This document shows positions 29,106-39,628 of a DNA stretch of 64,000 nt, piece by piece (position 1 is the stretch's first letter; every line of letters starts with the position of its first letter). This DNA comes from Alphaproteobacteria bacterium. Its GTDB lineage: Bacteria; Pseudomonadota; Alphaproteobacteria; MPNO01; UBA830. The notes under the pieces are model-generated. The model did no database searches and was not told the origin of the DNA. It was given only the letters and a program-made list of their open reading frames with translations. A program made the position numbers and the translations under genes. The DNA is taken from the NCBI GenBank assembly GCA_964291215.2, contig OZ219791.1:128001-192000 (forward strand). Reading direction: 5' to 3'.

Positions 29106-29676
29106 CCAACGTCAACTTCACCAACAATGCCGGAGAACAGAAGATCAGGATGGCAAAGGTCAAGGTGTCCGGATGCTTCCGCTCCACGCAAAAGCATGGT
29201 GCCGGGGCTCAAGCTACCTCACCTCCATGGCCGCACTCGGCTACAATCATCACGTCGCCACCCGGATCGCCCTCGACGGAAAAGTCGCAGACATCATCAA
29301 CGAGCACTACGACCAATCAGAACCCAACTAGGGGTGAGTAGATACCCGCCAGGAAACAGACGAGGCGGCCCTGCGGCGCGTTTCTGCCATCCTTTGCGCC
29401 TGCTTGTGACGGTAACCCCGTCCCCCGGTGTTGCGCTTGATCTCCCGGAAAATTGTTGATCGGCCCAGCTGCCGAGCAATCGCACCTTGTGAAAGACCGC
29501 TTTTCTGCCTCAATCTGGCATCGCTCTTCGTAGGTGACGGTAGCCTTTGGACATGAACAAGCTCCCTCCATCTTGTACAGGAACTCTCGCCGCTGCTGGA
29601 CAGCTCCGCAACATCATGCGTCTAAAAACACATGGCCACAGCCCATCATGTGTTGCACTTCACTATGGAACGGGGG

Positions 29677-29766
29677 TGTAAAAAAATCTCCCGCACCAAC
29701 CCGCAACCCCGCAAAGCCCAGGTACTGTCTTGAAAAATCAGACAGAATTTAGCGTAAGACTATCCT
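29677..29766 (-). mobile_element. Left-end fragment of an ISAs1-type element
   Basis: Reverse complement matches 59608-59695 (cttacgctaaattctg..gatttttcaag). Confidence 0.6.
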
Positions 29767-30149
29767 GCCGCCAGGCCGAAATGCGCCTCCCAGCGCCGCC
29801 GCGCGCGCATGATGTCGAGGAAGCGCCGGATGTTGGCGGCCGCCGCCGGCGTCCCCGCCAGCACCTGTTCGAAATGCCGCCGCGCCAGGCTGTCCTCCTC
29901 CTTCAGGAAGAAGGCGTGTGCGAGTTCGAGACGCACCCGCACCAGTTCCGAGCGGTCCACCAAGATGGCCCGGAACGCCGCAATCGCCTCGTCGAGCTTC
30001 CCGTCGCGGGCATCCCGGTCCGCGGCGGCCTGCGCGGCGGCAAGCGCCTCCATGCCCGCCCGGAACCGCGGGCCGGTCGCGTCCTGGCCGTGGGCCGCGG
30101 CGGCGAACAGGCACAGCCCGGCGGCAATGACGAGAGCGGGTATGCGCAT
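29760..30149 (-). pseudogene. Slam/DUF560-like TPR outer-membrane protein, N-terminal fragment
   Basis: Signal peptide, EAIAAFRAILVDRSELVRVRLELAHAFFL TPR repeat and IRRFL..RARRRW; cut by an IS end where the barrel begins. Confidence 0.7.
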
Positions 30150-30202
30150 GAAAACCCCTGTCCGTGCAAGGGGAACCTCCGGCCGCCCGGAGGGCGCCGG
30201 AG

Positions 30203-30239
30203 GAAAGAAGGCCCCGGCCGCGCGAAGCGGCCGGGGCCT
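30203..30239 (-). terminator. Rho-independent terminator between the lipoprotein and Slam genes
   Basis: AGGCCCCGGCCGC..GCGGCCGGGGCCT stem followed by TCTTT on the minus strand. Confidence 0.65.
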
Positions 30240-30262
30240 GAACGCCGATGCTCGGGAGCAGG

Positions 30263-32002
30263 CTACTCTGCCGGCGCCTGTATCCTCGTCGAAAATCCGC
30301 CGGTGGCGCTCCCGTCCACGAAGTGGGCGATGAAGGTGCCTATCATGCCGGCCGGGCGGCCAGGGCCGCCCTGGTGGAAGGCTCCAGCCTGCCAACTGCC
30401 GGGCTTGTCGAAGGCGGTGCTGCCGCTGGAACCCGTGGCCAGGCCTTCGACATCGAAGCTGTCGTGCGCGCCCTCCGCGAGCTTGACGCTCCAGTTCTCG
30501 TTGACGGCATTCCCCTTGAAGTTGTCGATCTTGCCTCCCATTTTACGGGCGCCTTCCTCCCCGAACTTGGCGTTGAGCGTCACATCCGCCGTGAACCGTG
30601 CGGACTTCTGCCCCGTGTGCTCGCCGGCGTTGTAGAGCTTCAGCGCCGACAGGCCTAAGGCTTCGCCCTTGTAGGTGGCGGTGGCGGGCAGATTGGAGTT
30701 CACGCCTAAATCCCCGCGCTCGGGGGCAGGGCTGTCTGCGATGACATGGACCCTGGTTCTGGCGGTGTCATCTCCAGCCAGCCAGTACCCGTAGCGGGCA
30801 TATTCACTCCACTGCGTGTAGTGGGAGTTCCTCGGCGTTATCCAGTAGTAGCGATAGTGGCCCGCGTAGCTATCGTCGAATTCGTCGGCCGCCTTGAAGA
30901 ACAGCTTGCCGGTCAGCTTGCCGCCCGGGGCAGAGCATGTGCCCTGGCAATACAGCGTCCCCTTGACCCCCTTGTAATACTGGTCCCCGGAGATGTCGGT
31001 GGGATACGTCGTCAGGACCGTTCCATCCGAGCCGGTGAGTGAGGACAGGGGCATCCCGGCAAGGGGCAGGACATCGACATCCATGTTGTCGGTGCCGAAG
31101 GCCTTCTTCACGAGCATCCCATCCTTGGCGGCAATCTGCTCCCAGGTCATGACGCCGGCCGGGAGTTCGCCGTCGTCATACTTGTGATAGAACAGGGATC
31201 TCCGATCGGCGTTATCCCCGGTGGCGATGACCTTCGTCGGCGGAGTACTGCTGGCTGTTTTGAAGAGATTTGACGGCCTTTGAATCCACATAGCCGTGGA
31301 TTGGCCATCGTAACCGCCGGTGCGGGTCGAGCCGGAACGAGCTGTGGCCTCAGGCGACAAGGCAGCAAGCATCCGCCTCGCGGGCCTTGTTGAATCAAGG
31401 TTGTTGAAGCCAGCGGTGGTAGCGAGGGTTTCGCCGGCGCGGTCCTTGATTTCCGCCTCGGTATCGACCCTCGAGAAATAGTCTCCGATCGTGCCGGCCC
31501 CGGTCAGGGTCTTCTCGATGGCCTTGATCTCCGCTTTCACTGTTTCGACCTGACCCATGACCACCTTCTTCTGCGCCGCAAGGCCGGTCGTGCCGGCCGG
31601 CAGGGCGTTCAGGTCCGTCTGCGCCTTCTCGGCCGCCGTCAGCGCCGTCTTGGCGTCCGCCAGCGCCTTGTCGGCCGCCGCCTTCGCGGCCGCCACGAGC
31701 GCGGCGTTGGTCCGGACCACCGAGCTGTCGCCGCCTGTATAGTAGAGTTGCCGAGCGAATTGGGGCGGCTCGACCGCCTTCTTGACCGCGGCCAGCTGAT
31801 CTTCCGCTGTCTTCCTGGCCGTCATCGCCGCCGTCTCGGCTGCCGCGGCGGCGTCGTAGGCCGCCTGCGCCTTCTGGGCGTCCGTCATCTCCATCTGCTG
31901 GTTGCCCATCGCGACCGGCTTCTTCGACCCGCCACCGCAGCCCGCGAGCGCCAGACCCGCAGCGGCCAGCGCCGCCAAGGTCACATATTTCATAATTCCC
32001 AT
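30263..32002 (-). CDS. Surface lipoprotein with C-terminal TbpB-like beta-barrel
   Basis: Lipobox LALAG-C; Ala/Lys-rich helical N-terminus; C-terminal ATYKG..FTADVTLNAKFG..GKIDNF..GTFIAHF..GGF pattern; AGGAG upstream. Confidence 0.8.
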   Translation of the reverse strand: MGIMKYVTLAALAAAGLALAGCGGGSKKPVAMGNQQMEMTDAQKAQAAYDAAAAAETAAMTARKTAEDQLAAVKKAVEPPQFARQLYYTGGDSSVVRTNAALVAAAKAAADKALADAKTALTAAEKAQTDLNALPAGTTGLAAQKKVVMGQVETVKAEIKAIEKTLTGAGTIGDYFSRVDTEAEIKDRAGETLATTAGFNNLDSTRPARRMLAALSPEATARSGSTRTGGYDGQSTAMWIQRPSNLFKTASSTPPTKVIATGDNADRRSLFYHKYDDGELPAGVMTWEQIAAKDGMLVKKAFGTDNMDVDVLPLAGMPLSSLTGSDGTVLTTYPTDISGDQYYKGVKGTLYCQGTCSAPGGKLTGKLFFKAADEFDDSYAGHYRYYWITPRNSHYTQWSEYARYGYWLAGDDTARTRVHVIADSPAPERGDLGVNSNLPATATYKGEALGLSALKLYNAGEHTGQKSARFTADVTLNAKFGEEGARKMGGKIDNFKGNAVNENWSVKLAEGAHDSFDVEGLATGSSGSTAFDKPGSWQAGAFHQGGPGRPAGMIGTFIAHFVDGSATGGFSTRIQAPAE

Positions 32003-32016
32003 CGAACTTTTCTCCT

Positions 32017-32040
32017 CCCCCGTTCCATAGTGAAGTGGGG
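32017..32040 (+). repeat. 24-bp fused-end scar of an IS30 element
   Basis: cccccgttccatagtgaagtgggg is the left end joined to the right end through shared GAAGTG, flanked by cct direct repeats. Confidence 0.7.
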
Positions 32041-32790
32041 CCTTAGGTTGTGGACGATTACGCAACCTGATGTCTGGAAATTGTCGTGAATCTCTCAGTC
32101 ATCGAGCTGTTCATTTGATGTATGCCTTGGTTTCGGTTTCCCACCCCCGTTCCATAGTGAAGTGCAACACATGATGGGCTGTGACCATGTGTTTTTAGAC
32201 GATGGATGAGGAGGGCGGGTGTCAGAACCCGCCGGGGGGGGGGGGGGCTTGCCATGGAGTGGCTTCCGACGCAGCGCGGGCGTGAACCATCCCGCTCCAT
32301 AGGCTTGAATGCCAGGGAACGAATGCTCGCCGAGGGCCGTGCGACCCCGGTTGTCTGAGGTGAAAGAGCTTCGGTCCTGAAGAACGGCACCCGACGGCGT
32401 GGCGTGAGCCGCCGTGTTCCCGTCGAAGCAGGTCAGGGAAGTGGTGCGCCTGCGTAGCCGGCTCCCTGACCGAGAGGTTCGCGCTCAGGCGACGGGATAT
32501 CTTCCCAAGCTCATCCGCCGATACAGTCCAGCGTCCGAAATCGGGGGGGGGGGGGGGGGGGGGGGGTACGAAGGTCGCGCGCGCGCGTGAGGCACTCACG
32601 TTGTAGCCGAACGACCACGGCAGTCCGCGCATCACAACATCCCCTGATGTCTCGGTCATGCCTTCAACCTCCCGTACAACAGGTTTGCGGCCACATGCGC
32701 CGACCACAATCCTGCCATATCGCATGTACGTATAGCTCGCACAGCAGCCGAGTGCAACCCCGTCATGTGGGAACGCACGGCGATCCCACG

Positions 32791-33334
32791 CTAGTAGTAC
32801 ACCGGCATTGTATTGATGGTTTTTGTGGGTAGTATTTTCGTGTCGGCGTTCGTTGGAATCCGGACAGTGCCGATACGGGCAAGATGCCGAACAGGCAGGC
32901 AGCCCCATGCGCAGGTCCGGACAACGGGCATGCCCGCAGGTCTTTGGGGCAATGACAGGAGCGGCGCATATGGCCAACTCTCAGGGCAGGAAACTCTACC
33001 GGGTGACCCTTTCGGCGCAGGAGCGCCGGGATCTGAAGGCGATGGCACCGGGGCTGCCTGGCGCCGGGCACAGGTCCTGATGCTGAGGGGGCGCTTGTCG
33101 ATGCCGACATTGCGCTGGGCATCGGCACGGCGACGGTCGAGCGCTTGCGCAAGCGCTGCGGGGGCTGGACGCCGCCCGCAAGGAGCAGGTGAACCGCCGG
33201 CCAAAACGGGGGCGATGGAGGCGAAGCTGGTCTCGTCCCCGCCCGAGGGCTGTGGACGCTGCTCGCCGGCCGTCTGGTGGAGATCGTCGAGCGCATTTCG
33301 GAAGAAACGGTCAGGAAGACGCTAAAAAAAGAGG
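32791..33334 (+). mobile_element. IS630 type A, 5' half
   Basis: Matches 5735-6330; cut by IS30. Confidence 0.85.
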
Positions 33335-34499
33335 CCCCCGTTCCATAGTGAAGTGCAACACATGATGGGCTGTGGCCATGTGTTTTTAGACGCATGATGT
33401 TGCGGAGCTGTCCAGCAGCGGCGAAAGTTCCTGTACAAGATGGAGGGAGCTTGTTCATGTCCAAAGGCTACCGTCACCTACGAAGAGCGATGCCAGATTG
33501 AGGCAGAAAAGCGGTCAAGGTACGATTGCTCGGCAGCTGGGCCGATCAACAATTTTCCGGGAGATCAAGCGCAACACCGGGGGACGGGGTTACCGTCACA
33601 AGCAGGCGCAAAGGATGGCAGAAACGCAGGGCAGCTTCGTCTGTTTCCTGGCGGTTGACGCCTCGGGTTGAAGCTCAGAAAAAGCTGCGGGAGGGCCCCG
33701 AGCAGCGGCCGTTTTCGACTGGAAGGCCGTGAACGGATCCATGATCGCCGAAGATCGGAGAGCTGGGGGCGTCTTGAAGCTTCGGCGGCGCGGCAAGAAG
33801 CCGAACTGGAAGGGCGGATGCCATTCTGGCCGGGTGGACATTTCCGAGCGCCCTGCGGAGGCAAAGGAACGGATCGGCGACTGGGAGCCATCATCGGCAA
33901 AGCTCACAGTGGAGCTGTCGTGTCGCTCGTGCCACGAAATACACCTTGCCGGGTGGACAGAAAGACCCGGTCGGTTCGGTCATGATGCTCGGCTCTGGTG
34001 CGCTATTGGTCCACACAATCACAACGGCAAAGAGTTCGCAGACCACAGGCGTGTCGCACTTGACGCAGATTTCTTCTTCGCCTTTCCATTCCTGGGAGCG
34101 CGGCTTGAATGAGCACACCAACGGCCTGGTGCGGGAGTACTTCCCGAAGGGCACGGACTTTCGCGCGACATGCAACGAAGATGTTCAGAAGGTGCGGCTC
34201 AACACTCGGAAAGTCCTGGGATCGCCGACGGAGGTAATCTTGAAGTGAAACCGCCCTGACCATCTGCGTTCCAAAGCCGCAACGTGCAGCAGGGTCCATG
34301 CCGCGCGACGGCGAAATAGTGGCTTGAAGCCGACAAAGGCGTTGCATAAGCTCGATGTTGAAGGAACTGAAGCTGTTCCCAGGCGGAATCGAGAGGGGCA
34401 GAGAGGAAAAATTTGCGCAACACCCGGCCCTCATCTCCGTTCGGGCTACGACCTCACTGCGATGAGGGCCGGGTGTTGCACTTCAGACTGGAAGTGGGG
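33335..34499 (+). mobile_element. IS30-family element, uninterrupted but frameshifted
   Basis: Both ends present; NEHTNGLVREYFPKG motif. Confidence 0.88.
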
Positions 34500-34764
34500 C
34501 CATTTTTCGTCGATGAGGACCGCGGTTAAGAGGCGCTCCAACGAGGCGAGGTTCAGAAAGACCCTGACTTTGGAGGTGCGCCGCTTGAGCTCTTGCTGGA
34601 TCGGCCGCTCGATACCGTTCGAGGTTCGCATGCGCTTGTGGTGAGCATCGGGCAAGGTGAAGACAGCGAGCCCCGCATTCTTTTCCAGCCAGAAAGCCCG
34701 GATACTTGTCGCTGGCCGCGAGGGCGCCCAGTTCAGCCTCGGCGGTTTGGAGTGAGGACGCATT

Positions 34765-35868
34765 CTAGTGTCTTGTCATTCATAAAATGTCGGATAAAAA
34801 CGTTTGAGTTTCACGCGGGCATCGTCGGTGGTGAACTGCCAATCCACCTTGGCCTGGATGCGGTCGCCTGCCAGGCGGCAACTTCCCGGCGTAGCACCTC
34901 GATGCAGTCGATGCGGCGGTTCAGGCGGATCATGACGTTGAGTTCCACCACGTTCAGCCAACTGCCGTGCTTGGGGGTGTAGACGAACTCGAAGCGGTCC
35001 CACAAGGCCTCGTCCGGCGGGTAGGCCTCATAGAAGGCGCCGGGGAGTGTTGAGATTGTCCATCACCAGGGTGATGGTGGTGGCGTCCTGGTAGCGCCCG
35101 GCGATGTCGGCCAGGAACTGCGCCCAGTCGATCTTGCGCTCGGTTACCTTGGTCATGCGCTTGCCGGCCAGGGGTTCCGTGAAGACGTTGCAGGTGCCGC
35201 AACGTCGATACTCGTAGTCGTTACGTCCGTCCCGGCGCCATGGCGATCGGTTGCCGTGTCTCGCCGGTCGGGGCGTTTCGTCCATGCAGACCACGGGGAA
35301 AGCGGCGGGGCGGCGATCGAGCACCTTCGCTGCGGCGAAGTCGGCGTTCCCTTGAGGAGGAATCACCCACCCGCTGCCATGGCTTGAGGCAGTTTTTTTT
35401 AGAACACGCCGCACCGTCTCGTGTGACACGGTGTAACCAAGCTCGACAACGCGGTCGGCCAGCAGCCGCAACGACCATTGCGCGTAACCCTCAGGCGGTT
35501 CACCACAACTCAGGGCCACGCGCCTCGAAGACGCCGTCGGCTTTTCGCATATAGGTAGGACGGCGCCGGCCACCCAATGCCGCCTCCAACCCCTCGAAAC
35601 GCTTTTTCACCCGGTCTACTTTGCGCATGCTGATGCGCAGAATCTCGGCAATGACCTTCCCGGTCATCTGGCATTCATTGAACGCGCCCTCGTCGCAGTT
35701 AAGCAGGGCGTTGATTACCTTTTGCGACAGGTGCGAGCCCTTGATCTCCGAAAGTTCTGCCCGTTCGTCCAGGGTCACCACGTAGCGTTTCATACTCCGA
35801 CCTCCATCCCGAATGGACGGACAGTCTAGCACCAAATGTACGACATATCATTGCTGACATAACACTAG
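34765..35868 (-). mobile_element. IS630 type B
   Basis: Full copy between CTAG sites. Confidence 0.9.
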
Positions 35869-37033
35869 TAGCTTTGCATTATTGTATTGATAGATATAGT
35901 GACTTCAGTTTCGTCCGGGCATCCTTCCTCGTGAAACGCCAGTCGACAGTGACATCGGCCGCATTGCGCCGTTCTACCCATGCTGCCGTCTCCCGCCGCA
36001 TGGTGTCACGGTCGGGAATGCGTCGCCGAAGGCACTGCCGCGACAGCGCACCGATCTCGATCTCGGCCATGTTGAGCCAGCTTCCATGCTTCGGCGTATA
36101 GCGAAACTCGAACCGCTTTCGTACCCGCCTCCTCGGGCTCGAAGGCTTCATACAGTGACTGTGCGTGTTCAGATTGTCCAGCACGATCTTCTTGTCGGGG
36201 AAATGGTCGTCGGCAAGCTCCCGGATGAAGTGCGTCCAGTCCCGCGGCGGTCGGTGACTTTCACCGTGCGCCAGTTCTCGTTGGGCGCAAAGGCCAGGAA
36301 GAGGTTGGCCGTGCCGTTGCGCTCATATTCATAGTCGACCACCTCCGGCTGACCGGGGGGTTCCTTCGTCTGCTGCCGGCTGGTCTCAGCACCTCGCCCC
36401 CGGCGAAGTCCCGCTGACAAATGTCAAGCACATCCTTCGCCACGAACTGTGCGCTCCGGTGCGGTGGAATGCACCAGTTCAGCCACCGCTTGATCTCTTT
36501 TTTTAGCGTCTTCCTGACCGTCTCTTCCGAAATGCGCTCGACGATCTCCACCAGACGGCCGGCGAGCAGCGTCCACAGCCCTCGGGCGGGGACGAGACCA
36601 GCTTCGCCTCCATCGCCCCGTCCAGCCGTTTCGGCCGACGGTTCACCTGCTCCTTGCGGCTGAGGGCGGCCTCCAGCCCCTCCAGGACGCAGCGCAAGCG
36701 ATCGACCGTCGCCGTGCCCAGCGCAATGTCGGCATCGACAAGCGCCCCTCAGCATCAGGACCTGTGCCCGGCGCCCCCGGTGCCCGATCGCCTTCAGATC
36801 CCGGCGCTTCTGCGCCGAAAGGGTCACCCGGTAGAGCTTCCTGCCCTGAGAGTTGGCCACGCTCCTGTCATTGCGCCGAAGACCTGCGGGCATGCCCGTT
36901 GTTCGGATCTGCGCATGGGGCTGCCTGCCCGTTCGGCATCTTGCCCGTATCGGCACTGCCCGGATTCCAACGAACGCCGACACAGGAATACTACCCACCG
37001 AAAACCATCAATACAATGTCGGTCGACTACTAG
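35865..37033 (-). mobile_element. IS630 type A
   Basis: Full copy between CTAG sites; followed by an IS66-like end ggggcgagcagttac at 37034-37048. Confidence 0.9.
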
Positions 37034-37139
37034 GGGGCGAGCAGTTACACACAATCAACGATTTTCCCGGTTTTTGCTTGACAACGTAGCCGCGCGATGA
37101 TACGATATACCATGATGCTTGGAATTGGATGGCCTAGGC

Positions 37140-37520
37140 CATGAACACGCTCGCGATGCACCCTCCTGAAGCCGTCCGGATCGGAACCTCAAAGAGACCT
37201 GCAGGCGGCGTGAGCCGCGCGACCGTGCAGCGGGCGGTGAAGAAGCTCCGGAACCGGCCTCCGCATGATCTACGAACTGCCAGACAACGCACGCAAACTC
37301 GGCCCAGAAGCATCACCCTGATTGGAAGAAATCAAAGCCGAGGTCAGGATGTCTGAAGTTCGGCTTCTTGCCGCGCCTCACGCCGTCGTTACGGAACGCG
37401 CTCGCAGATATCGGCCTTGCCGCGGTGGTCGTCATCTATCCGGACCAGCGACGCCATCCGCTTTCGGACCGGATCGAAGCGGTGCCGTTGTCGACGCTCG
37501 CCAAGGCGAGCAGCTGTTCG
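37140..37520 (+). pseudogene. Remnant of a DUF4143-type AAA+ ATPase
   Basis: C-terminal PRLTPSLRNALADIGL..VVIYP..RHPLSDRIEAVPL pattern; most of the gene is missing. Confidence 0.5.
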
Positions 37521-37616
37521 CACAGGCCGGGACGGGTTCGGGCCCGCGGGCGGCAGCATGTCGCCTTCCTTGAGGGGACAGGACCGGTCCACCCGCCGTG
37601 ATCCAGGACAGCGTGC

Positions 37617-38537
37617 CTACTGCTGATCCTGTTCCGGCGGCACCGGCGGGACATGCTGTCCGGCATCGATGACGCCGCGCCTGATTTCGCGGGTGCGGCG
37701 GAAGAACGTCTCCAGAGTCTCCCCATCGCCGACCCGGATCGCCCGCTGCAATATCGCGAGATCTTCCCACAGCCGGCCGAGCATCTCGAGCACCGCTTCC
37801 CGGTTGGCAAGGAAGACATCTCGCCACATGATCGGATCCGACCCGGCTATCCGCGTAAAGTCACGGAAACCCGACGCCGAATACTTGATCACCTCGCTCT
37901 TGATGTGATCTTCGAGGTCGTTGGCTGTGCCGACGATCGTGTAGGCGATGAGGTGCGGCAGGTGGGACGTGATGGCCAACACCTGATCGTGGTGTTCCGG
38001 GTCGAGGACATCTATGTGGCTTCCGGCGCGGCGCCAGAATTCCGCCACCCGTTCGACGGCTGCCGGATCGCACCCGGGCTGCGGCGTGATCAGGAACCAG
38101 CGGTCCTCGAACAACGTCTCGAAGCCGGCTTCCGGTCCCGACATCTCGGTGCCCGCGATCGGGTGGCCCGGCACGAAATGCACGTCGGACGGCAGACGTG
38201 ACAGCACATCGTCCAGGATGGCCGCCTTCACCGAACCGACATCCGTGACGATGGCGCCCGACTTCAGCGCCGGCGCAATGCGGTCGGCGATCGCGGCATA
38301 GGTCGAGACCGGGGTGCAGATCATGACGAGATCGGCGTCCCGCGCAGCGGCTGCGGGATTCGCGGAGATCTCGTCGGCGAGCCCGAGCTCGCGGACGGTT
38401 TCGAGCGTCGCTTCGGTGCGGGCACAGGCGACGATTGTGCCGGCCAGCCCGTCGCGGCGCATGATCCGCGCCACCGACGAGCCGATCAGCCCGATTCCGA
38501 TCAGGGCCACCCGGTCGAACAGGGGGGCGCCGTTCAT
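37617..38537 (-). CDS. tyrA: Prephenate/arogenate (cyclohexadienyl) dehydrogenase
   Basis: GIGLIGSS, TDVGSVK, HPIAGTE.SGP, HDQVLAITSHLPH and GFRDFTRIA.SDP.MWRD motifs. Confidence 0.93.
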   Translation of the reverse strand: MNGAPLFDRVALIGIGLIGSSVARIMRRDGLAGTIVACARTEATLETVRELGLADEISANPAAAARDADLVMICTPVSTYAAIADRIAPALKSGAIVTDVGSVKAAILDDVLSRLPSDVHFVPGHPIAGTEMSGPEAGFETLFEDRWFLITPQPGCDPAAVERVAEFWRRAGSHIDVLDPEHHDQVLAITSHLPHLIAYTIVGTANDLEDHIKSEVIKYSASGFRDFTRIAGSDPIMWRDVFLANREAVLEMLGRLWEDLAILQRAIRVGDGETLETFFRRTREIRRGVIDAGQHVPPVPPEQDQQ

Positions 38538-39628
38538 GACGGCTCCATGAACTCGGCTATCGCTTCCGCCGTCATCCGCATCTCCTCCTCAAGGCCGATT
38601 GTAATGCGGACGCCGTCGGGGATGCCGGCGCCGGCCGCGCTGCGGGGAATGATGCCGCGGGTCTTGAGGAACGCGATCGCTTTGGCCGCCGTGCGCCCGC
38701 CGCCACGGGGGAAGCGTCCAAGCACGAAATTCCCCGTGCTCGGCACCACCAAGACTCCGGCTTCATCCAGCCGCTCCGAGAGCCACGGCAACCATGCGGT
38801 GTTGTGATCGCGCGATCTGGTGACGAACTCGACATCGTTGACTGCCGCGATGCCGGCCGCCTGGGCCGCCACGTTGATGTTGAACGGCGAGCGTACGCGG
38901 TTGAGGACATCGACGATCGAGGGCGGGCAGTAGGCCCAGCCCAGGCGCGCGCCGCCGAGGGCGTAAATCTTGGAAAACGTCCTGGTCATGACCACGTTGT
39001 CGCCGGCATCCACGAGGCCGGTTCCAGGCGAATAGTCGTTGCGCGTGACATATTCGGCGTAGGCCGCATCGATGACGAGAAGGATGTCCGCGCGCAGGCC
39101 GGCGCGCAGCCGGGCCACCTCGTCGGCTGAAATGCAGGTGCCGGTCGGATTGTTCGGGTTGGCGACATACACCATCCGGGTGCGTTCCGTCATCCTGTCG
39201 AGCAGCGCATCGACGTCGAGCGTGTAATCGGTCTCGGCCACCTTGACCGGCGTCGCGCCGGCGGACAGCGCGATCAGCGGATACATGACGAATGCATGTT
39301 CGCCGAACATGATCTCATCGCCGGGGCCGGCATAGGCGCGCGCCAGCAGCGTGAGCAGCTCGTCGGATCCGGCGCCGGCGACGATCCGGTCGACATCGAG
39401 ACCGTATCGCGCCGCGATCGCCTCGCGCAACGCCGTCGAATCGCCATCCGGATACCGGTGGGCCTCTGCGGCCGTCGATCGATAGGCTTCAACGGCAAGT
39501 GGACTCGGGCCGAGCGCGCCCTCGTTCGCGGACAGCTTGATCAGCCTCTCCTCGCCCGCGATCTCAGATTCGCCAGGCACGTACGGGCTGATTTCCATGA
39601 TTCCGGGACGCGGAACGGGAACGGACAT
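38534..39628 (-). CDS. hisC: Histidinol-phosphate aminotransferase
   Basis: IKLSANE, RYPD, ANPNNPTG, DAAYAEY and RTFSKIYALGGARLG motifs. Confidence 0.95.
   Translation of the reverse strand: MSVPVPRPGIMEISPYVPGESEIAGEERLIKLSANEGALGPSPLAVEAYRSTAAEAHRYPDGDSTALREAIAARYGLDVDRIVAGAGSDELLTLLARAYAGPGDEIMFGEHAFVMYPLIALSAGATPVKVAETDYTLDVDALLDRMTERTRMVYVANPNNPTGTCISADEVARLRAGLRADILLVIDAAYAEYVTRNDYSPGTGLVDAGDNVVMTRTFSKIYALGGARLGWAYCPPSIVDVLNRVRSPFNINVAAQAAGIAAVNDVEFVTRSRDHNTAWLPWLSERLDEAGVLVVPSTGNFVLGRFPRGGGRTAAKAIAFLKTRGIIPRSAAGAGIPDGVRITIGLEEEMRMTAEAIAEFMEPS

Larger units (their letters stand above)
22112..29345 (+). mobile_element. IS66 type 1 carrying three tandem group II introns
   Basis: Same ends as 4066-5721; 8-bp target duplication ccgccagg. 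Confidence 0.9.
21241..29676 (-). mobile_element. IS30-family element interrupted by IS66 and introns
   Basis: ERIGDWE and WERGLNEHTNGLVREYFPKGTDF motifs; ends ccccacttccagtctgaagtgcaacac / gtgttgcacttcactatggaacggggg. Confidence 0.88.
32055..34758 (-). mobile_element. IS256 3' fragment split by an IS30-bounded insertion
   Basis: 32055-32143 and 34500-34758 match 2294-2635; cca is duplicated at the split. Confidence 0.75.
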
